From NCBI RefSeq assembly GCF_006345805.1, contig NW_021826293.1, forward strand, positions 1 through 12,994: a stretch of 12,994 nt of DNA, written 5' to 3'. This document shows positions 1-8,089 of the stretch, piece by piece. A model generated the notes under the pieces. The model was not told the DNA's origin. It did not search any database and was given only the letters and a program-made list of their open reading frames with translations. The position numbers were made by a program, and so were the translations under genes. This DNA is from Octopus sinensis. Taxonomy: Eukaryota. Positions within the stretch are counted from its first letter, which is position 1, and every line of letters starts with the position of its first letter.

Positions 1-66
1 TATCTTTTACTTGTTTCGGTAATTGGACTGCGGCCATTAAGGGTTTCAGTCAAAGAAATCGACCCA
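1..66 (-). mobile_element. 3' tail fragment of the tRNA-derived SINE family seen full-length at 2271-2705, reverse orientation, internally deleted
   Basis: TTTTACTTGTTTCGGTAATTGGACTGCGGCCAT...CAGTCAAAGAAATCGACCC is a diverged reverse complement of 2630-2700 (GGGGTCGATTTGCTCGACT...ATGGCCGCAGTCAAATGACTGAAACGAGTAA). Confidence 0.8.
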
Positions 67-69
67 TGG

Positions 70-72
<3 letters not shown>

Positions 73-109
<37 letters not shown>
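73..109. repeat. (TA)n microsatellite
   Basis: Direct reading. Confidence 0.98.
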
Positions 110-112
<3 letters not shown>

Positions 113-374
113 GTTTGATCCAACATGAACAAAGAGAAAGTACAACAATGCGAGGACGTGGAACAAGTATAGTGTTATTGGACGCTCAGGAAAGGAAAGA
201 AAGAAGGAGGATTTCACGTTTCGAGCGGAGCTCTTCCTCAGAAACATAGGAAAAGGAAAGATCCAAGGAAGGGAAGACGGAGAAAGAAAATCGCGGTCGC
301 ATATTTAAATGACCGGAAGGGAATGGGTGAAGAAAAAGCTCTTTCAAACACAGGGGAGTGCAAGAGAAGGAGGT
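110..374 (-). mobile_element. Probable Penelope-like element pseudo-LTR or non-autonomous fragment carrying a hammerhead motif
   Basis: Non-simple segment between (TA)n and (TG)n tracts containing a minimal hammerhead with a palindromic stem III, the form known from Penelope-like pseudo-LTRs. It resembles a recurrent octopus repeat from memory. Boundaries are approximate. Confidence 0.55.
211..245 (-). ncRNA. Minimal type I hammerhead ribozyme motif, probably inactivated at the cleavage site
   Basis: Minus strand reads GUUU-CUGAGGA-A-GAGC-UCC-GCUC-GAAA-CGU-G-AAAU: core CUGANGA and GAAA, 4-bp stem II (GAGC/GCUC), palindromic stem III (ACGU), stem I GUUU/AAAU. The cleavage-site nucleotide is G (position 215). 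Confidence 0.75.
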
Positions 375-615
375 ATGTGTGTGTATGTGCATGCGTGCTG
401 GTCTCTGTGTGTATGTAATGATAGCGCACGTGTGTGTTTGTGTGTGCGTGTGTGTGGTTGTGGCTGTTTATATATATATGTGTATATGTATGTTTATGTA
501 TATATACAAGTGTGTACGTCTGTAATGTTGAAAAGTGCTCGCATCTGTGCGTGTGCTGTTGCGGGAGTCTGCGTGTATATATATTATATATATTATATAT
601 ATATATATATATAAT

Positions 616-646
<31 letters not shown>

Positions 647-684
647 ATATATTATATATATATATATATATATTTTTATATATA

Positions 685-732
<48 letters not shown>

Positions 733-749
733 ATATTATATATATTATA
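375..749. repeat. Compound (TG)n/(TA)n microsatellite region with a long interrupted (TA)n at ~576-749
   Basis: Direct reading. Confidence 0.95.
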
Positions 750-1177
750 TGTTGATGATAGGTATATATGTATGTGTATACTGCAAGTGCTGCCGCATAC
801 CATGTGTTTTTGACAGTTGCTCAACGGAAGTTGTTTGTACATTTAATAGACTGTCTATATTGGCTTACTATATTAGTAAACTCGTATCGTTCATTTTTCT
901 GTTCATCGCTTCTTTCCTGTCTGCTGCGCCATTTCCATAACCCTCATTTAGCAACGGCCCTATTTTCGTCTTATCTATTTAGCATTGTGTTACTCAATTT
1001 GGCGAGGGTAACTATGACGGCCTCTCTTATCAAAGGACCTCAGCTTTCAGTTTGGTATGAAGCTATTTAACGTGTGTATTTGAGAAGCTATTCAAAATTG
1101 CTGACTGCAAAACCGGCGTTAAGTTACACCTAAAACGCATACTAAACGGGCAAAATTTTCCTTCCCTAACCGACAAT

Positions 1178-1605
1178 ATCTATATCTATATCTATAGCTA
1201 TCTGCATATATGCATTGTATGTGTATATTATATATATATATATATATACACGTATATGTATATATGTGTGAGGGTATATATGTGTGCGTGTTTATACACC
1301 TATGTGCTTATCAGTGTGCGTTTGTGCATATACCTACATAGACATACGTATATATTTACGGATGTATATATATATATATATATATGTTCACCTATACGCA
1401 CTCAAGAGTTATCTATATGCATATATATAGGTATGTATCAAATGCATCCTATATGTGTGTGTATTTGTGTGTACATATATATATATGTATATAAATATAT
1501 ACACATACACACACGCATATACACATATACACATATATACACATCCATACATATATACATATATACATACATACATACATACATACATACACACATACAT
1601 ATGCA
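1178..1605. repeat. Compound TA/TG/CATA microsatellite region
   Basis: Direct reading; (CATA)n at ~1545-1600. Confidence 0.9.
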
Positions 1606-2270
1606 CGCAGTTTATTTATATTCATTTACACATAATGCATGCGTCTTTGTGTATTTGTGGGGCAGAATAATGAAATCTGAGACCCGACTCAACTATTCTA
1701 ACCCTTTAGAGCGATAGTTATCAGACTGTATGTCAAACTATTGAGAGTTTGAGTTTCTTTAATATACAACTTACCGATGCTTATCTAATTCTCTCGGGTA
1801 ATTATGGCTGTCAATTTGTCTAGTTATTTCCTGGTCTAGCTCTTTATTCTTTCACTCACTTATCACCAATGATTTTTAAATAAACGAAACCGCATCGTTC
1901 CCCACCGCATTGTTAGTTAAACTCCACTGTCAGATCTGTTTCCCTACGTCGCCCGAGAAAGGTCGCATCTAATAAGTAATCTGGTGTTGGGTAGGGTAAT
2001 ACAGAGAGTTTGTTTGAGCAATATAGATTTCTTTATTAGGTCATGCAGGGCCGAACACAGAGGGGGGGCAATATAATGTAGAATTTTTCTTTTCTAAACT
2101 GATCAATAGGAATCGAAAACGTTTCGGGACGTGTACAGAAAGAGATAACAAGGTAACGTTTTAACAGCAGAAATTCCCAAAACGGGGAGAAAATATTACA
2201 CTGACTAGGGTTATCCATGGAAAGAAAAACCTACGAAAAAACCCGCGGTAACTCCGGAAAAAATAAACAT

Positions 2271-2705
2271 GGTGCAGGAGTGGCTGTGTAGGCGCAGGAG
2301 CGGCTGTGTGGAAAGTAGAAGAAGCTTGCTTACCAACAACATGGTTCAGGTTCATTCCCACTGCGTGGCACCTTGGGAAAGTATCTTCTGCTATAGCCTC
2401 GGGCCGACCAAAGCCTTGTGAGTGGATTTGGTAGACGGAAACTGGAAGAAGCTCGTCGTATATATGTATATATATATATATGTATGTGTGTGTATATGTT
2501 TGTGTGTCTGTATTTGTCCCCCCCCCAACATTGCTTGACAACCGATGTCGTGTGTTTACGTCCCCGTAATCTAGCGGTTCGGCATAAGTGACCGATAGAA
2601 TAAGTACTAGGCTTCCAAAGAATAAGTCCTGGGGTCGATTTGCTCGACTAAAGGCAGTGCTCGAGCATGGCCGCAGTCAAATGACTGAAACGAGTAAGGA
2701 GTATA
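2271..2705 (+). mobile_element. Near full-length tRNA-derived SINE: tRNA-like head, CORE-like domain, internal (TA)/(TG) tract and ~200 bp 3' tail; likely octopus OR-type (family name unverified)
   Basis: A-box-like TGGCTGTGT-G, B-box-like GGTTCATTCC (~2349-2358), CORE-like ACCTTGGGAAAGT, then microsatellite 2459-2510, then a tail ending GACTGAAACGAGTAAGGAGTA. The head recurs at 9567 and 10891; the tail recurs at 1, 3277 and 6790. Confidence 0.88.
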
Positions 2706-2762
2706 AGAACAGAACGCTCCTTCCTAGCAGTGTCATCCAAGATGGTGCACTGAACGTCATTG

Positions 2763-2816
2763 AAGAACGGGTTGTGGCTTAGCTACAACCCGTTCTTGTA
2801 GCTAAGAACGGGTTGT
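2763..2816. repeat. Triple fold-back: 13-bp unit AAGAACGGGTTGT arranged direct-inverted-direct
   Basis: Unit at 2763-2775, exact reverse complement at 2785-2797, unit again at 2804-2816. Confidence 0.95.
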
Positions 2817-3139
2817 TTCGGAGCAGCCCTTGAATTACTGTTACTTCCTCACGCCTCCATAAAACATACTATGTATTGCACAGTGATTCTCTCTTATCGA
2901 AATGCGTGCGTACTGTCCCGATGCTAAAATCACTATAATTTCAATATAGCCTATTCACGTTTATACGGTGAACCCCAAAGTATCCCAGAATAAAGGCAAT
3001 TCCTGGGGTAGACCGCCTCGTAGCCTCTTCCCCTAGCCTCTCGCCCTACGGAGGATGGGACATAAACATAAAGATTATGTATTAGTGTGCTAATATCACA
3101 GTTGTTTACTTGTGAGGAATACGCCTACATACACACACT

Positions 3140-3270
3140 GGTATTCCGTCGGTTGCGACGAGGCGGGTTCCGTCCAACTGATTCGATCAATGAAACAGCT
3201 TGCTCGTGAAATCAACGTGCAAATGTCTTAGCAATCTCTAAACGCGCGTACTTTTAACGTGGTACTCAGC
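3140..3270 (-). mobile_element. Probable diverged 3' fragment of another octopus SINE family
   Basis: ACAGCTTGCTCGTGAAATCAACGTGCAA resembles a recurrent octopus repeat from memory only; there is no second copy in this window to confirm it. Confidence 0.45.
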
Positions 3271-3276
3271 TAAGTG

Positions 3277-3340
3277 GACTCAACCGTTGAAGGTGATGCC
3301 CCAGCATGGTCGCGGTCCAGTGACTGAAACAAGCCAAGGA
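3277..3340 (+). mobile_element. Extreme 3' tail fragment of the 2271-2705 SINE family
   Basis: GACTCAACCGTTGAAGGTGATGCCCCAGCATGGTCGCGGTCCAGTGACTGAAACAAG aligns by eye with 2645-2695 and 6951-7008. Confidence 0.8.
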
Positions 3341-3568
3341 GAACTAATTACCAATAAATTCTCAAGTAATAACCATGACGTTACCAACATCATTAATAAC
3401 ATCATTTATGGCAAATTTCTTGAGCTATACAATTATTTGAATCACCACCAACGTCTTCGAGATCAGCATCAACTTCATCATCATCATCATCAGCAGCAGC
3501 AGCAGAAGTATTAGTAGTAGTAGCATTAGGAAAGTTGAAAGCAACACAATAACAACAGCAATTAGAGT

Positions 3569-3690
3569 GGAGTCGCAATGGCTCAGTGGTCGTAAGAACG
3601 CGGTTTCGATTCTCAGACCGGGTATTGTGAGTGTTTATTGAGCAAAAACACCTAACCTCCATGAGTCTCCGGCGGCGGGGTGAACCCGTT
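3569..3690 (+). mobile_element. 5' part of a second tRNA-derived SINE with an internally deleted tRNA head
   Basis: A box TGGCTCAGTGG (3579-3589), B box GGTTTCGATTC (3602-3612), then TCAGACCGGG as in the head of the 6358-6613 SINE, and TTGAGCAAAAACACCT. Confidence 0.75.
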
Positions 3691-3847
3691 AAAAGCCACC
3701 GTTTACGGAACAAGGATAACAACGTAGCTTTCTCGCCCGTGCAACCGCCAGTCTATGGCGTGTGGTGGGTGGATCTTCAAGTTACCACACGCATTCTTAG
3801 TAGCTTGGAGTAGGCTCGAATTAGAGATTATTCTTTGTGGCTAATTG

Positions 3848-4012
3848 GAAGAAGAAGAAGAAGAAGAAGAAGAAGAAGAAGAAGAAGAAGAAGAAGAAGA
3901 AGAAGAAGAAGAAGAAGAAGAAGAAGAAGAAAAAGAAGAAGAAGAAGAAGAAGAAGAAGAAGAAGAAGAAGAAGAAGAAGAAGAAGAAGAAGAAGAAGAA
4001 GAAGAAGAAGAA
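3848..4012 (+). repeat. (GAA)28-AAA-(GAA)26 trinucleotide tract
   Basis: Counted directly; single interruption at 3932-3934. Confidence 0.98.
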
Positions 4013-4029
4013 GCAAGTGCCAGAATGAC

Positions 4030-4607
4030 TTTCAGCAGCATCGCTGCTATTGGTGCCCTCCCCACATCTTCCCTCACCGTCGCCACCGACACCACCACTA
4101 CTGCAACCAGCAGCAGCAGCAGCAGCAGCAGCACCACCACCACCACCACCACCACCACCACCACCACCACAGCAACCACCACCACTGCAACCACCATATC
4201 TACCACAAGCGCAACAACTGCCACAATAAATAATCCCAACTGCCAGATAATCATTATCATCATCACCACCATCATCATCACCACCACCACCACCATCATC
4301 ATCATCATTATCACCATCATTACCATCGTCATCATCACCATCATCGTCGTTGTAATGATCGTCATCGCCATCGTCATCATCATCGTCATCACTGTCGTCG
4401 TAGTGGATACCACCACCACCACCACCAACACCACCGTCATCACCAACACCAACGTCATCCTCGTCATGAAATCCTCATCATATCCACGATCGCCATCATT
4501 GTCATCGTCATTTCATTAAATTCAAGCAACAAGAAAAACAACAACAACAACAACAAGTACAGCAAAAACATCAAGAAAACCAGAAAACAACACAATAACA
4601 CAACAAC

Positions 4608-4640
<33 letters not shown>

Positions 4641-5014
4641 GACAACAACAAGAAAGCAACAAGAAAGCAACAGCAACAATAAAACCGAGTCCATATTGAT
4701 GAGCTCCTCCCTCTAAGCAGTAATCACGATTATACGATAATATGAACAACGGCACCCGTCCGTTATGCTAATTACACACCCGTAACTTCCACCCGTTTAT
4801 TTTAGATCTTCAATGATCCAACAACTTTCTCTTCGCACATCGAAAACGGTTTCTTTGTTCTTTATCATTATTAGAAACGACGTCGTGTTCTTGTGCGTTC
4901 GATGCTCCGACAGCAGCCGTCGTCGTCAGCGTCATCATCATCATCATCATCATCATCACTAGCGCTACCAGCATCAGCATCGGCGGCAGAAGTAGCAGCA
5001 ACAACAGCAGCAGT

Positions 5015-5046
<32 letters not shown>

Positions 5047-5504
5047 CAATAACAACAACGACAACAACGACAGCAACAATAACACCAGCACCACCATCAT
5101 CATCGTCATTATCATCGTCATCGTCCCCATTGTCACCACCAGCACCAGAACCACCACCACCACCACCAGAACCACCACCACCACCACCAGAACCACCACC
5201 ACCACCACCAGAACCACCACCACCACCACCAGAACCACCACCACCACCACCAGAACCACCACCACCACCACCAGAACCACCACCACCACCACCAGAACCA
5301 CCACCACCACCATCATCATCATCATTATCGACATCGTCGCCTTCATGATCATCGTCATCATCATCATAATCCATCATCATCATCTTAACCATCGTCGTCG
5401 TCATCATCTTAATCATCATCATCATCATCGTAGTCGTCGTCGTCGTCACCATCGTCGACGTCATCGTCACTAGCGCCATCAGCATCAGCATCAGCAGCAG
5501 CACC

Positions 5505-5536
<32 letters not shown>

Positions 5537-5855
5537 CACACCAGCACCACCATCAACATCGTAGTCATCAACATCTTCATCGTCATTATCATCGTCCTCG
5601 TTTCCATTATCACTGTAGCACCACCACCACCACCACCACCACCACCACCACCACCACCACCACCATCACTACCAGAACTACTGCCACCGCCGTCGAGGTC
5701 GTCGTCGTCAGCATCATTATCATCATAATCATCATAATCATCATAATCATCATCCGTATAGTAATCATGATCATTGCCTTCATCATTATTCTCGTCATTG
5801 TGGTCATGGTGATCGACTTCGTCGTTGTTGTCGATATCCATCAATCAGAACAAGT
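4030..5855. repeat. Mosaic of CAC/CAT/CAA/CAG/CGT trinucleotide repeats, interrupted by a unique spacer at ~4680-4915
   Basis: Direct reading; accounts for the poly-T/I/S/V/M/D/G pseudo-ORFs on both strands. Confidence 0.95.
5145..5312 (+). repeat. 21-bp minisatellite CCAGAA(CCA)5, 8 units
   Basis: GAA markers at 5148, 5169, 5190, 5211, 5232, 5253, 5274 and 5295, exactly 21 bp apart. Confidence 0.97.
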
Positions 5856-5862
5856 AGTAGTG

Positions 5863-5863
<1 letters not shown>

Positions 5864-5897
<34 letters not shown>

Positions 5898-5898
5898 G

Positions 5899-5931
<33 letters not shown>

Positions 5932-5961
5932 ACAGTAGCGGCATCAGCAGTAGCAGCAGCT

Positions 5962-6015
<54 letters not shown>

Positions 6016-6045
6016 ACAGTAGCGGCATCAGCAGTAGCAGCAGCT

Positions 6046-6118
<73 letters not shown>

Positions 6119-6183
6119 CAACAGTAGCGGCATCAGCAGCAGCAGCACAGCAGCAGCAGCAGCGCAGCAGCAGCAGCAGCAGT

Positions 6184-6225
<42 letters not shown>

Positions 6226-6259
6226 CAACAGTAGCGGCAGCAGCAGTAGCAGCAGCAGG

Positions 6260-6291
<32 letters not shown>

Positions 6292-6315
6292 TAGTAGTAG
6301 AAGTAGTATTAGTAT

Positions 6316-6353
<38 letters not shown>

Positions 6354-6357
6354 TAGT
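5864..6357 (+). repeat. (TAT)n followed by a higher-order compound repeat (GTA)n-AACAGTAGCGGCA-(GCA)n, 4 units
   Basis: Marker AACAGTAGCGGCA at 5931, 6015, 6120 and 6227. Confidence 0.93.
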
Positions 6358-6613
6358 AGTCGAACGACCTACACAAAAAAATTTTGTTTATAGTGATCAA
6401 GTGTTCCTGCCTTACATTAGCTCGTTCTCTGCATCAAACCGACGTTACCGGAACAGGTGCACGGTGTAACACACGTCAGGTGTCACAGTGATCGCAGAGC
6501 AACATAAAATGAAGTGTTTTGCCCAAGAACACAATTGAACCGCCCGGTCTAGGAATTGAAACTACGACCTCGCGATCGTGAGTGCAACATCCAAACTACC
6601 AGGTCACGCGCAC
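6358..6613 (-). mobile_element. tRNA-derived SINE (third body type), diverged
   Basis: Minus strand: A-box-like TGACCTGGTAG, B-box-like GTTTCAATTCC, then GTGTTCTTGGGCAAAACACTT, a motif of the kind shared by CORE/V/Meta-type SINE central domains. The 3' boundary is approximate. Confidence 0.75.
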
Positions 6614-6617
6614 TCAC

Positions 6618-6649
<32 letters not shown>

Positions 6650-6742
6650 CACGTGTGTGCGTGTATATGTGTGTGCGTTTATGTGTGTTTCTGTGCATGT
6701 GTGTATGTATATGTGTGAGTGTGTGTGTGTTTGTATTTATGC

Positions 6743-6781
<39 letters not shown>

Positions 6782-6792
6782 TGTGTGTGTGT
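6618..6792. repeat. (TA)n/(TG)n tract, probably the internal microsatellite of the following SINE tail
   Basis: Direct reading; same arrangement as 2459-2510. Confidence 0.9.
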
Positions 6793-7015
6793 TTGTCTTA
6801 CATTCGCGTCTGTCCGTCACCGCTTGACAACTGGTGTTGCCAAGTGGTGGCGGACAGTTTGTTTATGTTTCTGCAAATTAGCGGCTCGGTGAAAGTGATC
6901 GATAAAATAAATACCAGACTTCGAAAAATAAATACTGGGCTCTTTCTGTTTGACTAAACCCTTCAAGGTAGTGCTCCAGAATGGTAGGCGTCCAATGACT
7001 GAAACACGAATAGAT
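6790..7015 (+). mobile_element. Diverged 3' tail of the 2271-2705 SINE family, head absent
   Basis: GCTTGACAAC...TAGCGGCTCGG...ATCGATAAAATAAATACCAG...GTGCTCCAGAATGG...AATGACTGAAAC is collinear with 2510-2700. Confidence 0.85.
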
Positions 7016-7587
7016 AAAAACTGAAAAAAAAAATCATCGCTATTAAATCACTTTTGCTCCATGCCAGAAAGGCTTGTACCATCATTGGCAATCTTAAACT
7101 ACACAACGCGATCTACAGACATATATTTTTAACAGCTGTGCAGTGAATTGTATACACAAAGATAAATGGATAAATAAGATAGAAAAACAGATAGATTGGT
7201 ACATAGATAAATTGATAAATAGAGATAAGAAGAAAGGGAAAAAAATAGTACAAAATTAAAAAAAGGAAAAAAAAGTAGGGAGAATACGATAGCAGAAAGG
7301 AGATGAAAATATATAAATTTAAAGATGGAACTAAGGCATATCAGTGTCATATGCTGCTAACGAAAGCGAGGTTGGTGACGTCATCAAAGTGATGGCGGAG
7401 AGCAGAAAGAACAGTGGCGTAACAGCAAGTGTAAACGATAATCGTTCCAATAACAATTAACAATGGTGACAGTATTGCTTACAACTACGAACGAGAAGAC
7501 AAGCATAACGGAAATAACATTTACATAATGCATAGCCCTTGTGAACACACATAGACCCTCCCTTCTAATGTGTGTGCATGTGCGCTT

Positions 7588-7614
7588 ATATACATACATA
7601 CATACATACATACA

Positions 7615-7650
<36 letters not shown>

Positions 7651-7750
7651 TATATATATGTGTGTGTGTATGTATGTATGTATGCATGTATATATATATA
7701 TATATGTATGTATGTATGTAGTATGTATGTATGTATGTAGTATGTATATA

Positions 7751-7825
<75 letters not shown>

Positions 7826-7895
7826 TATATAAAATCATTCTAATGTATGCTTATATATATATGAATATGTATATATTATATACATACATGCATAT
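7588..7895. repeat. Compound (TACA)n/(TA)n/(TATG)n microsatellite
   Basis: Direct reading. Confidence 0.95.
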
Positions 7896-8031
7896 AATCC
7901 AAATTGTGTTCTCCTGGAGCACATCTGCTTATTCCAGTATTACAATCCATTATATTGTTGTTGTTGTATTGATGTGAGGTTCATATCAGAGCTGAAGATT
8001 CTGGAAATATTGTTTGCAGTGTTATTATGTA

Positions 8032-8086
8032 ACAAAACAGGAAATTGGAAAATAATACCAAACATTTTTCCAACTTCCTGTTTTGT
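8032..8086. repeat. 21-bp inverted repeat with a 13-nt spacer
   Basis: ACAAAACAGGAAATTGGAAAA (8032-8052) versus TTTTCCAACTTCCTGTTTTGT (8066-8086), 20 of 21 complementary. Confidence 0.95.
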
Positions 8087-8089
8087 CAT

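Noticed and set aside
186-392. Minus-strand ORF containing PSGHLN, vaguely like the PxGLN end of Penelope GIY-YIG domains, upstream of the hammerhead
   Set aside because: The match is too loose and no other endonuclease motif is present.
309-1717. ORFs rich in Y/I/V/C/H/T
   Set aside because: They are translations of TA, TG and CATA microsatellites with no domain content.
2098-2150. Hammerhead-like words CTGATCA...GAAAACGTT and near-palindrome CGAAAACGTTTCG
   Set aside because: The core box is wrong (CUGAUCA) and no stem II or stem I can form on either strand.
5145-6275. Regularly spaced repeats as a CRISPR-like array
   Set aside because: The units are tandem with no unique spacers, the context is eukaryotic, and there are no cas genes.
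3828-6400. Long poly-E/K/R/S/T/V/G/P ORFs up to 224 aa
   Set aside because: Stop-free frames are expected in triplet repeats; there is no non-repetitive coding context or splice evidence.
7992-8007. CTGAAGA-TTCTG-GAAA hammerhead-like core
   Set aside because: There is no room for stem II and no stem I or stem III pairing.
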